Made by a program: the position numbers and the translations under genes
In this document: piece after piece, positions 12,835 through 22,970 of the stretch
Layout: each line of letters begins with the position of its first letter
Numbering within the stretch: the first letter of the stretch is position 1
Notes under the pieces: generated by a model
Seen by the model: the letters and a program-made list of their open reading frames with translations, nothing else
The model's database searches: none
What the model was told of the DNA's origin: nothing
Sequence record: OZ335960.1
Origin: a phage
Length of the DNA stretch: 64,000 nt
Reading direction: 5' to 3' (one strand)

Positions 12835-14253
12835 TTATGGATAGGTATAGATGATACCAGTTTCTAAAGCAGTTTTATGAATGATGTATCCATTACGTGA
12901 TTCTTGAACATCAACTTCTGGATAGTCTTTCATCATCTTCTGAAGAGTGTAACGATGCAGGTAGTATTTACTATCTGGATCTTCAGTTTTCCAATCTTTA
13001 CCTTCTTCGGTCATTTTTTGGATTTCATCCATAACCCACCAACCGCACCAGATATAAGCTGAAGTACGATGTGGAAGAGGATGAACATAAGGCAATTCAC
13101 CTTCTGGTTCCGGAGCAACTTTATCAGTTACCTGAACTTGGCCTGTTGCTTTAACTGTTTTACTATCATAGTCGGTTGCTGTAACGACAGCAGTAACTTC
13201 AATAGTTTGACTTCCAATAGATGAGGTGTCAACGGTGTATACGTTAGTTGACACTTCTACAGGAGAAGAATCTTTCTTCCATGAATAAGTAATTTGTGCT
13301 GCTTCAGGTGCTCCAGTAACATTAGCCGTAAATGTAGCCGAAGCATCTTGCTGAACGTTAATAGAAGGAGGAGTCAATGTAACCTGTGGATTCATTGTTT
13401 TCTTATTAACTGTCAATGATACTTCATTAGAAGTAACTTCCTTTTCATTGTAATTTTCTGCGGTTACTTGCGCTACACATTTAATTCTTTTTACTCCACT
13501 TGTAGTTGGAGTATAGTTAAATGTAGAGTTAGTTTCTCCACCAATTTGAGAATCATCTACATACCATTTATATGTAGCAGCCGCTCCATCAGGTTGAGAA
13601 GCTAAGGCAGCAGTAAATTGAACTGGGGTTCCAATTACTCCAGCTGAAGGACTATTAGGAGTTACAGCTAAGGTAGTTGTCTGCGTCTTTTTATTAACTG
13701 TCAGTGACACTTCATTAGAAGTAACGCTCAGTGCATCATAATCTGTCGCAGTTACTTGAGCTATGCACTTGATTTTTTTAACTCCACTTGTGGTAGGAGT
13801 GTAATTGAATGTAGCAGAAGTTGCTTCGCTTACAGGAGAACCGTCAACGTGCCATTGATACGTGGCAGTTGCGCCCGATGGCTGTGAAGCTAAGGCAGCA
13901 GTAAATTGGACAGCTGTTCCGATTACTCCAGCTGGAGGACTAGCAGGAGTTACTGCCAAGGTAGTTGTTTGTGTTTTATTTTTAACTGTGATAGTTGTAC
14001 TAATTTCTGCTGTTTCAGGTTCAGATTCTGCAACTTGATTGGTTGCAACTACTTTAATAGTCTTTTGACCGGCAGGTCCTTTTAGTACATAACTAAAAGT
14101 TGCTGACGTTTCTTCCTGTGGAGCGTCGTCTACAGTCCAAGCATATGTAATAGGTCCATCTCCAGTTTGACCACTGGGTGTAGCAGTAAACTGCTGAGTC
14201 TGATCTATAACTCCAGTAGGTGTTTTAGGAGTTATATCAACTGTAAAAGCCAT
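12835..14253 (-). CDS. hoc: Hoc, highly immunogenic outer capsid protein, with one extra Ig-like domain
   Basis: 472-aa ORF; N-terminal MAFTVDITPKTPTGVIDQ and C-terminal capsid-binding region (WCGWWVMDEIQK) as in T4 Hoc (376 aa as I recall); contains two consecutive ~96-aa near-identical Ig-like units. Confidence 0.92.
   Translation of the reverse strand: MAFTVDITPKTPTGVIDQTQQFTATPSGQTGDGPITYAWTVDDAPQEETSATFSYVLKGPAGQKTIKVVATNQVAESEPETAEISTTITVKNKTQTTTLAVTPASPPAGVIGTAVQFTAALASQPSGATATYQWHVDGSPVSEATSATFNYTPTTSGVKKIKCIAQVTATDYDALSVTSNEVSLTVNKKTQTTTLAVTPNSPSAGVIGTPVQFTAALASQPDGAAATYKWYVDDSQIGGETNSTFNYTPTTSGVKRIKCVAQVTAENYNEKEVTSNEVSLTVNKKTMNPQVTLTPPSINVQQDASATFTANVTGAPEAAQITYSWKKDSSPVEVSTNVYTVDTSSIGSQTIEVTAVVTATDYDSKTVKATGQVQVTDKVAPEPEGELPYVHPLPHRTSAYIWCGWWVMDEIQKMTEEGKDWKTEDPDSKYYLHRYTLQKMMKDYPEVDVQESRNGYIIHKTALETGIIYTYP
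13402..13977 (-). repeat. Tandem direct repeat of ~288 bp (2 copies) encoding duplicated Hoc Ig-like domain
   Basis: Hoc residues ~93-188 and ~189-284 are near-identical (KTQTTTLAVTP...NEVSLTVNK twice); the DNA is visibly similar between the two copies. Confidence 0.85.
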
Positions 14254-14262
14254 AAGTTATCC

Positions 14263-14943
14263 TTATTTTAATGTTACGAAAGAAGAATTACGTGTTTCAC
14301 GAATTAGAACTGATCCGTCGCGATTAATGTAATAAATTAAGCTAAATAAAGTTTGGTGCGCCGCCGCGTGTTCAAAACTAGTTGGGTGAGATTTCCAATC
14401 CGGAGTTTCAGCAATCCACTGGTAAATCCACCAAGGAACGGTACAGAATCCTGGATTTTTTCCAATCAGCTGAAGATTCGGACTAAAGTTTTCCGGAAGA
14501 GTAAATACAGACGGCTTTTCAGATTCAATAATCTCAGCTACAGCCTGCTCGAATTTTTCTTCAACAAAAGGAGTATCTTCAATCAAAACATCGGTATTTT
14601 CAGGAATTTTATCCGTTTCTACTACTTCAATTTTAATGTCAGATTTAACCGGAGAATCAATCAGAAGTGCTGCCTCTGGATTGACTTCTTCATCGTCATA
14701 TTTTAATCCGTCTGCGGCATCAGCAGCATCAATTAAGTCTTTAATAGATAACCCATCAGTCTCTGGCATAGGTTCACTAGCGAGCTTCTGGAGGGCTTCT
14801 TCAATATCATTAACGATATTATCAAAAGATTTATTCTTTTTGACTTTTATACCAAACTGTTCAGCATATTCAGCTAATTTAGCTTTAGCTTCTTTATTAT
14901 CATCAAGAGCCTTCAGCTCTGCAATATAATCTTTATCTATCAT
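14263..14943 (-). CDS. inh: Inh, inhibitor of prohead protease
   Basis: 226-aa ORF immediately upstream (transcriptionally) of hoc, as in T4. Confidence 0.85.
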   Translation of the reverse strand: MIDKDYIAELKALDDNKEAKAKLAEYAEQFGIKVKKNKSFDNIVNDIEEALQKLASEPMPETDGLSIKDLIDAADAADGLKYDDEEVNPEAALLIDSPVKSDIKIEVVETDKIPENTDVLIEDTPFVEEKFEQAVAEIIESEKPSVFTLPENFSPNLQLIGKNPGFCTVPWWIYQWIAETPDWKSHPTSFEHAAAHQTLFSLIYYINRDGSVLIRETRNSSFVTLK

Positions 14944-14956
14944 AATATTTCCTCAG

Positions 14957-14964
14957 TATAAATA
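14957..14964 (+). promoter_or_regulatory. Late promoter box TATAAATA (uvsW)
   Basis: Exact match ~30 bp upstream of uvsW. Confidence 0.55.
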
Positions 14965-14993
14965 TAGATATATTTATTACATGGTATTTAGAC

Positions 14994-16505
14994 ATGACTG
15001 ACATTAAAGTACATTTTTATGATTTTAGTCACGTGAGAATTGATTGTGAAGAAAGTACATTTCATGAACTCCGTGATTTCTTTAGCTTTGAAGCCGATGG
15101 GTATCGTTTTAATCCAAAGTACAAATATGGTCACTGGGATGGACGAATCCGTCTTTTAGATTATAATCGTCTTCTTCCATTCGGCTTAGTCGGGCAAATT
15201 AAAAAGTTCTGCGATAACTTTGGCTATAAAGCCTGGATTGACCCACAGATTAACGAAAAAGAAGAATTATCAAGAAAAGATTTTGATGAATGGCTTTCTA
15301 AATTAGAAATCTATTCAGGAAATAAAAGAATTGAACCACACTGGTATCAAAAAGATGCAGTGTTCGAAGGATTAGTTAATCGTCGTAGAATTCTTAATCT
15401 TCCAACATCCGCAGGTAAATCTTTAATTCAAGCTTTGCTTGCTCGATATTATTTGGAAAATTATGAAGGCAAAATTCTTATCATTGTTCCAACAACTGCT
15501 CTGACAACTCAGATGGCTGATGACTTTGTTGACTATCGTTTATTCAGTCATGCAATGATAAAGAAAATCGGCGGTGGAGCATCAAAAGATGATAAATATA
15601 AAAATGATGCACCAGTCGTTGTTGGTACATGGCAAACTGTAGTAAAACAACCAAAAGAATGGTTCTCACAGTTTGGAATGATGATGAATGATGAATGTCA
15701 TCTTGCTACAGGAAAAAGTATTTCATCTATCATATCAGGTTTAAATAACTGCATGTTCAAATTTGGTTTGTCTGGTTCATTACGTGATGGCAAAGCTAAT
15801 ATCATGCAGTATGTTGGAATGTTTGGTGAAATATTTAAGCCAGTAACGACTTCTAAATTAATGGAAGATGGACAAGTAACCGAGTTAAAAATTAATAGTA
15901 TTTTTCTTCGCTATCCCGATGAGTTCACTACTAAATTAAAGGGAAAAACTTACCAAGAAGAAATAAAAATTATTACTGGGCTCAGTAAAAGAAATAAATG
16001 GATCGCTAAATTAGCTATTAAGCTTGCACAAAAAGATGAAAACGCTTTTGTCATGTTTAAGCATGTATCACATGGTAAAGCTATTTTCGATTTAATTAAA
16101 AATGAATACGATAAAGTTTATTACGTATCAGGGGAAGTTGATACCGAAACCCGCAATATAATGAAAACCTTAGCTGAAAACGGTAAAGGAATAATTATAG
16201 TAGCTAGTTATGGTGTATTTTCTACCGGTATTTCAGTTAAAAATCTGCATCACGTTGTTTTAGCACACGGTGTTAAATCTAAAATTATTGTATTGCAAAC
16301 AATAGGTCGCGTATTACGTAAGCATGGTTCCAAAACAATCGCAACAGTCTGGGACCTCATCGATGATTGTGGTGTTAAGCCAAAATCTGCTAATACGAAA
16401 AAGAAATATGTTCATTTGAACTATCTTTTAAAACACGGCATTGATCGTATTCAGCGCTACGCAGATGAAAAATTTAATTACGTAATGAAAACAGTTAATT
16501 TATAA
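14994..16505 (+). CDS. uvsW: UvsW DNA/RNA helicase
   Basis: 503-aa ORF with helicase motifs (LPTSAGKS Walker A, DECH box). Confidence 0.93.
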   Translation: MTDIKVHFYDFSHVRIDCEESTFHELRDFFSFEADGYRFNPKYKYGHWDGRIRLLDYNRLLPFGLVGQIKKFCDNFGYKAWIDPQINEKEELSRKDFDEWLSKLEIYSGNKRIEPHWYQKDAVFEGLVNRRRILNLPTSAGKSLIQALLARYYLENYEGKILIIVPTTALTTQMADDFVDYRLFSHAMIKKIGGGASKDDKYKNDAPVVVGTWQTVVKQPKEWFSQFGMMMNDECHLATGKSISSIISGLNNCMFKFGLSGSLRDGKANIMQYVGMFGEIFKPVTTSKLMEDGQVTELKINSIFLRYPDEFTTKLKGKTYQEEIKIITGLSKRNKWIAKLAIKLAQKDENAFVMFKHVSHGKAIFDLIKNEYDKVYYVSGEVDTETRNIMKTLAENGKGIIIVASYGVFSTGISVKNLHHVVLAHGVKSKIIVLQTIGRVLRKHGSKTIATVWDLIDDCGVKPKSANTKKKYVHLNYLLKHGIDRIQRYADEKFNYVMKTVNL

Positions 16506-16530
16506 GGGCTTCGGCCCTTTGGAGAAAAAG

Positions 16531-16761
16531 ATGTTACTAGAATTTAAACAATTTCTTTATGAAGCTTCTATTGATGAATTTATGGGTAAAATTGCCTCTT
16601 GTCAAACAATAGAAGGTCTAGAAGAACTTGAAGCTTATTATAAGAAAAGAGTTAAAGAAACTGAATTAAAAGATACTGATGACATCTCAGTCAGAGATGC
16701 TTTGGCAGGAAAAAGAGCTGAATTAGAAGATTCAGACGATGAAGTAGAAGAAAGCTTTTAA
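16531..16761 (+). CDS. uvsW.1: UvsW.1 small acidic protein
   Basis: ORF track start 16519 is TTG; ATG at 16531 preceded by GGAG gives 76 aa; directly downstream of uvsW. Confidence 0.7.
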   Translation: MLLEFKQFLYEASIDEFMGKIASCQTIEGLEELEAYYKKRVKETELKDTDDISVRDALAGKRAELEDSDDEVEESF

Positions 16762-16770
16762 ATTAAAAAA

Positions 16771-16792
16771 GGCCCAACCAAAAGGAAGGGCC
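16771..16792 (-). terminator. Terminator hairpin after uvsY.-2 (minus strand)
   Basis: Minus strand reads GGCCC-12 nt-GGGCC followed by TTTTTT. Confidence 0.55.
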
Positions 16793-16815
16793 AAAACTAT
16801 AGACTAAAGGTCACA

Positions 16816-16983
16816 CTATAGCAAAAGTTGTGTTTCATTTAATTGTTCTTCCGAACTTTCTGAAACTGGTAGTTCTTTAATGTAATTATAACAAGGCCCA
16901 GGATGTACAGGACCTTTGTCTGTTTCAACAACCAATGCAGAATCGATTGGAGTTTTACAGACAACACAAATCTTATCTGACAT
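16816..16983 (-). CDS. Small Cys-containing protein (T4 uvsY.-2 position)
   Basis: 55-codon minus-strand ORF found by hand (MSDKICVVCKTPIDS...), below the ORF-track size cutoff; followed by a minus-strand hairpin plus T-tract. Confidence 0.5.
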   Translation of the reverse strand: MSDKICVVCKTPIDSALVVETDKGPVHPGPCYNYIKELPVSESSEEQLNETQLLL

Positions 16984-17011
16984 GATTGTCTCCTCTAAAT
17001 TATATATCTAT

Positions 17012-17236
17012 TTATATAACTCTCATATGCATATCAATGCCCATATCTTTAGAATAAAAATATTCATCAAGATATCCAGCAAATTTTCCTTTAACATAAA
17101 GTACATCTTCACCGCATGGGTGGTCGGCCAGGATACGAATATCCTGACGCTTGAGATTATACTTTTTCATTAAGAATTGAATTTCCGTTTCGAATTCTTC
17201 TTCATAATTAAAAGCATCATCAATGCTATATTTCAT
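17012..17236 (-). CDS. Hypothetical protein (T4 uvsY.-1 position)
   Basis: 74-aa ORF abutting the uvsY stop. Confidence 0.65.
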   Translation of the reverse strand: MKYSIDDAFNYEEEFETEIQFLMKKYNLKRQDIRILADHPCGEDVLYVKGKFAGYLDEYFYSKDMGIDMHMRVI

Positions 17237-17649
17237 TATTTTCCAGCCTCAAATGCTCGCATGTCTTGAATGTGCTTAATAGCAAATCCGCGTGATTTAA
17301 TAGCATCAAGAGCTCCGCTACAGAAATCCAATAAAATTCCCCAATATTGTAATGAAGTATCAACTTTTAAAACATCCTTATCAGCTGATAGAACTGTCTT
17401 CATTTCTGATTTCTCATAACGGTCCATACTAAATTCATCACCATCTCCTCGTCCCGAGTAGTAGTCTAATTTAGCTTTAAGAGCAACTTTTTTCTGTGCT
17501 TCAATTCTAAGCATTTCCTTTTTAATACTTGAATGCTTATTAAGCCATTTACTATATAACATCACATTATTAGCTGCTTCATACTGTAATTTAGTCGAAT
17601 CTATAAACACATCTTTCTTCAATTCTTCTTGAAGATCTTCTAATTTCAT
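17236..17649 (-). CDS. uvsY: UvsY recombination mediator protein
   Basis: 137-aa ORF, T4 UvsY length and sequence character. Confidence 0.93.
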   Translation of the reverse strand: MKLEDLQEELKKDVFIDSTKLQYEAANNVMLYSKWLNKHSSIKKEMLRIEAQKKVALKAKLDYYSGRGDGDEFSMDRYEKSEMKTVLSADKDVLKVDTSLQYWGILLDFCSGALDAIKSRGFAIKHIQDMRAFEAGK

Positions 17650-17715
17650 ATTGTTCTCTATTCAATTGTTATTGGATGGACTTAGATTCATTATACCACG
17701 TTTATACGTGAAGCA

Positions 17716-18114
17716 TTATACTCTGTTACTTGAAGCCAGTTGTAGTTTTATCTGCTCAATATCATCAGGGTTATCGATGACTGAAAAGCGTATTTCTACT
17801 ATTAGAGTATAATCATCATAAACTGGTATTACATTAACTGCTAATTTATCAATACGTGGCTCGTAGTTTCTTACTGCGCTTTCAATGTTACGCTCAACAG
17901 TATCAGCAGTAAGAGGAGTCATATTCTCAAAAAGCTGATCAGATAAATCGCATCCAAATTCTGGGTCAAATGGCCTTGACCCTTTCCTGGTTGTAATAAT
18001 TCCTAAAAGGCTATTTTTAATTGACCTTAATCCAAGGGATCTTGAAACATCTTTGTCCCAATCCATTTTCATTTCTGGGTCAATGTCAGAATAAAGCTTA
18101 TTAATATTTGCCAT
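17716..18114 (-). CDS. 25: Baseplate wedge protein gp25
   Basis: 132-aa ORF (T4 gp25 length), gpW/lysozyme-like baseplate family position. Confidence 0.92.
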   Translation of the reverse strand: MANINKLYSDIDPEMKMDWDKDVSRSLGLRSIKNSLLGIITTRKGSRPFDPEFGCDLSDQLFENMTPLTADTVERNIESAVRNYEPRIDKLAVNVIPVYDDYTLIVEIRFSVIDNPDDIEQIKLQLASSNRV

Positions 18115-18740
18115 TATAATAGCTCAAAGAATTCTTTGAGTCCTCTTATTACATGAGCGTGAGTTTTTCCACACTCTGGACACTTAATTGGAACAGCCAA
18201 ATAAACAGTAGGCTTTAAAAGCATATCTTTTATAGCTACAATATCTGACTCTGTGATGATAGAGTATAAATCTTCCAGTTCTTTTTCATTTAAGTCTTCA
18301 ACTGGAATGCTTTCACCATTAGCATGAATCGTTTCTATGCATGATACTATCATGTGGGCTATATTTTTATCATCAAAAATTTTAGGGTAATGGAACTTAA
18401 TTTTAATGTCACCCAGTGTATACCAGAGGTCTTCTGGCGCATCTATTTGTGTATGTAATAGATTTATATGGGTTGGTATTTCAGTTCCACAGGTGCACTT
18501 CCAGGAGTTTTCGTGATTAACTTCTCCAAGAGAATGCGCCCATAAATGAATCAATAATAGTTCTGATTCTTGGCGGTTTAAATCTTTTGCATTTGTACAG
18601 TCTTTAATTAGCTTTTTAACGATCTCTTCTACTGAACCGTTCTTTTTAGCAGTAATAAGTTCTAGATATTCTTTAAGAGTAAATGTGCGACAGTTGATTA
18701 TTTTAGAACCAACTTTCACATCAAATTTGTATTCATACAT
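18114..18740 (-). CDS. 26: Baseplate hub protein gp26
   Basis: 208-aa ORF divergent from gene 51. Confidence 0.88.
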   Translation of the reverse strand: MYEYKFDVKVGSKIINCRTFTLKEYLELITAKKNGSVEEIVKKLIKDCTNAKDLNRQESELLLIHLWAHSLGEVNHENSWKCTCGTEIPTHINLLHTQIDAPEDLWYTLGDIKIKFHYPKIFDDKNIAHMIVSCIETIHANGESIPVEDLNEKELEDLYSIITESDIVAIKDMLLKPTVYLAVPIKCPECGKTHAHVIRGLKEFFELL

Positions 18741-18762
18741 ATTTAGCTCCTTTATTTATCAT

Positions 18763-18770
18763 ATTTATAA
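18763..18770 (-). promoter_or_regulatory. Late promoter box TATAAATA (gene 26, minus strand)
   Basis: Forward TATTTATA = reverse TATAAATA, overlapping the divergent gene 51 box. Confidence 0.5.
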
Positions 18771-18773
18771 ATA
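18766..18773 (+). promoter_or_regulatory. Late promoter box TATAAATA (gene 51)
   Basis: Exact match ~20 bp upstream of gene 51. Confidence 0.55.
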
Positions 18774-18790
18774 GAATAAAAGGAGCATCT

Positions 18791-19540
18791 ATGGCAAACA
18801 TTATTCGTTGTAAATTACCAGATGGTGTTCATCGTTTTAAACCATTTACGGTAGAAGATTATCGAGATTTTTTGTTAGTTCGAAACGATATAGAACATCG
18901 GTCACCACAAGAACAAAAAGAAATAATTGCTGATTTAATTGCTGATTATTTTGGAGACTATCCGAAGACTTGGCAACCATTTATATTTTTACAGGTATTT
19001 GTAGGGTCAATAGGCAAAACTAAAGTACCAGTCACATTTGTATGCCCAAAATGTAAAAAAGAAAAGACAGTTCCATTTGAAATATATCAAAAAGAATTAA
19101 AGGAACCTATTTTTGACGTAGCTAATGTTAGAATTAAATTAAAGTTTCCTTCTGAGTTTTATGAAAATAAAGCAAAGATGATTACTGAAAATATTCATTC
19201 TGTCCAAGTAGATGAAATGTGGTATGATTGGAAGGAAATTAGCGAATCGAGTCAAATAGAACTTGTTGATGCCATCGAGATAGAAACATTAGAAAAAATT
19301 CTTGATGCAATGAATCCTATTAATTTAACATTGCATATGTCATGTTGTAATAAGTATGTAAAAAAATACACTGATATAGTAGATGTGTTTAAGCTATTAG
19401 TTAATCCAGATGAGATATTTACTTTTTATCAAATTAATCACACACTTGTAAAAAGTAATTATAGCTTAAATTCAATAATGAAAATGATTCCTGCTGAGCG
19501 CGGATTCGTATTAAAACTGATTGAGAAGGATAAACAATAA
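18791..19540 (+). CDS. 51: Baseplate hub assembly protein gp51
   Basis: 249-aa ORF, position 26/51/27 as in T4. Confidence 0.88.
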   Translation: MANIIRCKLPDGVHRFKPFTVEDYRDFLLVRNDIEHRSPQEQKEIIADLIADYFGDYPKTWQPFIFLQVFVGSIGKTKVPVTFVCPKCKKEKTVPFEIYQKELKEPIFDVANVRIKLKFPSEFYENKAKMITENIHSVQVDEMWYDWKEISESSQIELVDAIEIETLEKILDAMNPINLTLHMSCCNKYVKKYTDIVDVFKLLVNPDEIFTFYQINHTLVKSNYSLNSIMKMIPAERGFVLKLIEKDKQ

Positions 19541-20715
19541 TGAGTATGTTGCAACGCCCCGGATATCCAAATCTCAGCGTTAAATTATTTGAGAGTTATG
19601 ACGCTTGGAGTAATAATAGATTTGTTGAATTAGCTGCTACTATTACCACATTAACTATGCGGGATTCTCTTTATGGTCGAAATGAAGGAATGCTGCAGTT
19701 TTATGATTCTAAAAATATCCATACAAAAATGGATGGAAATGAAATAATTCAGATTTCTGTAGCTAATGCAAACGATATTAATAATGTTAAAACAAGAATT
19801 TATGGATGTAAGCATTTTTCAGTGTCAGTAGATTCAAAGGGTGATAACATCATTGCTATTGAATTGGGAACTATTCATTCCATAGAAAATCTTAAATTTG
19901 GCAGACCGTTTTTCTCTGATGTAGGTGAATCTATAAAAGAAATGCTTGGCGTCATTTACCAGGATCGCACATTATTAACTCCAGCAATAAATGCTATAAA
20001 TGCATATGTTCCTGATATTCCATGGACTAGCACATTTGAAAACTATTTGTCATATGTCAGAGAAGTTGCTCTAGCTGTAGGAAGTGACAAATTTGTATTT
20101 GTATGGCAAGACATCATGGGAGTTAACATGATGGACTATGATATGATGATAAATCAAGAACCATATCCAATGATTGTCGGTGAGCCATCTTTAATAGGTC
20201 AATTCATCCAAGAATTAAAATATCCATTAGCATATGATTTCGTTTGGTTGACTAAATCGAATCCTCACAAACGTGACCCAATGAAAAATGCTACTATCTA
20301 TGCTCATTCATTTTTAGATTCTTCATTGCCAATGATTACTACAGGAAAGGGCGAAAACTCTATTGTAGTATCAAGGTCAGGTGCTTATTCTGAAATGACT
20401 TATAGGAATGGCTATGAAGAAGCTATTCGTCTTCAAACTATGGCACAATACGATGGCTATGCTAAATGTTCTACTGTCGGTAATTTTAACTTGACTCCTG
20501 GCGTTAAAATTATTTTTAATGATAGTAAAAACCAATTTAAAACAGAATTTTACGTTGATGAAGTTATCCATGAATTATCCAATAATAATTCAGTAACTCA
20601 TCTATATATGTTCACTAATGCAACGAAACTGGAAACAATAGACCCAGTTAAGGTTAAAAATGAATTTAAATCTGATACTACCACTGAAGAAAGTAGTTCT
20701 TCCAATAAGCAATAA
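19540..20715 (+). CDS. 27: Baseplate hub protein gp27
   Basis: 391-aa ORF (T4 gp27 length). Confidence 0.92.
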   Translation: MSMLQRPGYPNLSVKLFESYDAWSNNRFVELAATITTLTMRDSLYGRNEGMLQFYDSKNIHTKMDGNEIIQISVANANDINNVKTRIYGCKHFSVSVDSKGDNIIAIELGTIHSIENLKFGRPFFSDVGESIKEMLGVIYQDRTLLTPAINAINAYVPDIPWTSTFENYLSYVREVALAVGSDKFVFVWQDIMGVNMMDYDMMINQEPYPMIVGEPSLIGQFIQELKYPLAYDFVWLTKSNPHKRDPMKNATIYAHSFLDSSLPMITTGKGENSIVVSRSGAYSEMTYRNGYEEAIRLQTMAQYDGYAKCSTVGNFNLTPGVKIIFNDSKNQFKTEFYVDEVIHELSNNNSVTHLYMFTNATKLETIDPVKVKNEFKSDTTTEESSSSNKQ

Positions 20716-21193
20716 AGAAGTTTCTATTCCTAAAATGGGTCTTAAACATTATAACATTTTAAAAGATGTTAAAGGTCCTGATGAAAATTTAAAACTTCTT
20801 ATTGATTCTATTTGTCCGAATTTATCACCGGCAGAAGTTGATTTCGTTTCCATTCATTTATTGGAATTTAATGGAAAGATTAAATCCCGTAAAGAAATAG
20901 ATGGTTATACTTATGACATTAATGATGTTTATGTGTGCCAAAGATTAGAATTTCAATACCAAGGAAATACATTTTATTTTAGACCTCCTGGAAAATTTGA
21001 GCAATTTTTGACAGTAAGCGATATGTTATCTAAATGCTTGTTTAAGGTCAATGATGAAGTTAAAGAAATTAATTTTCTTGAGATGCCAGCATTTGTATTA
21101 AAATGGGCAAATGATATTTCTACAACTTTAGCAATTCCTGGCCCTAATGGTCCAATAACTGGAATTGGCAATATTATTGGATTATTTGAATGA
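20660..21193 (+). CDS. 28: Baseplate hub distal subunit gp28
   Basis: 177-aa ORF starting at ATG 20660, overlapping the gp27 3' end in another frame. Confidence 0.85.
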   Translation: MNLNLILPLKKVVLPISNKEVSIPKMGLKHYNILKDVKGPDENLKLLIDSICPNLSPAEVDFVSIHLLEFNGKIKSRKEIDGYTYDINDVYVCQRLEFQYQGNTFYFRPPGKFEQFLTVSDMLSKCLFKVNDEVKEINFLEMPAFVLKWANDISTTLAIPGPNGPITGIGNIIGLFE

Positions 21194-22962
21194 AAAAGCC
21201 ACAAGAAATGCAAACGATGCGTAGAAAAGTTATTTCAGATAATAAACCAACACAGGAAGCGGCTAAATCCGCTTCTAATACTTTATCTGGACTTAACGAT
21301 ATATCTACGAAATTGGATGATGCTCAAGCTGCTTCTGAATTAATTGCTCAAACTGTCGAAGAAAAATCGAATGAAATAATTGGAGCAATTGACAATGTAG
21401 AAAGCGCAGTGGGTGATACTACTGCTGGTTCTGAGTTAATTGCTGAAACTGTTGAAATTGGCAATAATATTAATAAAGAAATCGGCGAATCGCTCGGGAG
21501 CAAATTAGATAAATTAACAAGTTTACTAGAGCAAAAAATTCAGACAGCTGGAATTCAACAGACTGGAACTAGTTTAGCCACGGTTGAAAGCGCTATTCCT
21601 GTTAAAGTTGTTGAGGACGATACAGCTGAATCTGTGGGTCCTTTATTACCGGCTCCTGAAGCAGTTAATAATGATCCTGATGCTGATTTTTTCCCTACCC
21701 CTCAGCCAGTTGAACCCAAACAAGAATCGCCAGAAGAAAAACAGAAAAAAGAAGCATTTAATTTAAAATTATCTCAAGCTTTAGATAAATTAACAAAGAC
21801 TGTTGATTTTGGATTTAAAAAATCCATTTCAATTACTGATAAAATATCAAGCATGCTATTTAAGTATACTGTCAGTGCTGCTATTGAAGCTGCTAAAATG
21901 GTTGCATTAATAATGGCTGTTGTTATTGGAATAGACCTACTGATGGTTCATTTTAAATATTGGTCAGATAAATTTTCAAAAGCCTGGGATTTGTTTAGCA
22001 CTGATTTTAAAACTTTTTCAAGCGAAACCGGAACTTGGGGTCCTTTATTACATAGCATCTTTGAATCTATTGATGAAATTAAAAAGTTCTGGGAAGCTGG
22101 AGACTGGGGTGGATTGACAGTAGCTATTGTGGAAGGACTTGGAAGTGTTCTTTATAATTTAGGAGAACTTATTCAACTTGGAATGGCTAAATTATCAGCA
22201 GCAATTCTTCGAGTTATTCCTGGTATGAAGGATACCGCTGATGAAGTAGAAGGAAGAGCATTAGAAAATTTCCAAAATTCTACTGGAGCATCTCTCAATA
22301 AAGAAGACCAAGAAAAAGTAGCAAATTATCAAGATAAACGAATGAATGACGATCTTGGTCCAATAGCAAAAGGATTAGATAAAATTGCTAATTGGAAAAC
22401 CCGTGCATCTAACTGGATTCGTGGTGTTGATAATAAAGAAGCATTAACAACTGATGAAGAACGCGCAGCAGAAGAAGAAAAATTAAAGCAACTTTCACCA
22501 GAAGAAAGAAAAAACGCTTTAATGAAGGCTAATGAAGCTCGTGCTGCGATGATTCGTTTTGAAAAATATGCCGATTCAGCTGATATGAGTAAAGACTCAA
22601 CAGTTAAATCAATTGAAGCCGCTCATGAAGACCTTAAAAAACGGATGAATGACCCGGATTTAAATAATTCACCTGCAGTTAAAAAGGAGCTTGCTTCTAG
22701 ATTTGCTAAAATTGATGCTACTTATCAAGAGCTTAAGAAAAATCAACCTGAGGCCAAACCTGAAACTTCTGCTAAATCGCCAGAAGCAAAACAAGTCCAG
22801 GTAATAGAAAAGAACAAAGCGCAACAAGCTCCTGTTCAACAAACATCTCCTTCAATCAATAATACTAATAATGTTATTAAGAAAAATACTGTCGTTCATA
22901 ATATGACACCTGTTACGAGTACAACTGCTCCTGGTGTATTTGGCGCGACTGGAGTTAATTAA
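21190..22962 (+). CDS. 29: Baseplate hub / tail length determinator gp29
   Basis: 590-aa ORF (T4 gp29 length). Confidence 0.9.
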   Translation: MKKPQEMQTMRRKVISDNKPTQEAAKSASNTLSGLNDISTKLDDAQAASELIAQTVEEKSNEIIGAIDNVESAVGDTTAGSELIAETVEIGNNINKEIGESLGSKLDKLTSLLEQKIQTAGIQQTGTSLATVESAIPVKVVEDDTAESVGPLLPAPEAVNNDPDADFFPTPQPVEPKQESPEEKQKKEAFNLKLSQALDKLTKTVDFGFKKSISITDKISSMLFKYTVSAAIEAAKMVALIMAVVIGIDLLMVHFKYWSDKFSKAWDLFSTDFKTFSSETGTWGPLLHSIFESIDEIKKFWEAGDWGGLTVAIVEGLGSVLYNLGELIQLGMAKLSAAILRVIPGMKDTADEVEGRALENFQNSTGASLNKEDQEKVANYQDKRMNDDLGPIAKGLDKIANWKTRASNWIRGVDNKEALTTDEERAAEEEKLKQLSPEERKNALMKANEARAAMIRFEKYADSADMSKDSTVKSIEAAHEDLKKRMNDPDLNNSPAVKKELASRFAKIDATYQELKKNQPEAKPETSAKSPEAKQVQVIEKNKAQQAPVQQTSPSINNTNNVIKKNTVVHNMTPVTSTTAPGVFGATGVN

Positions 22963-22970
22963 GGAATAAT

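Noticed and set aside
14353-14929. Two plus-strand ORFs (117 and 97 aa) inside inh
   Set aside because: Antisense or out-of-frame to the conserved inh gene; low-complexity translations without start signals.
16916-17173. 85-aa plus-strand ORF
   Set aside because: Antisense to the uvsY.-1/uvsY.-2 region; hydrophobic low-complexity translation of AT-rich DNA.
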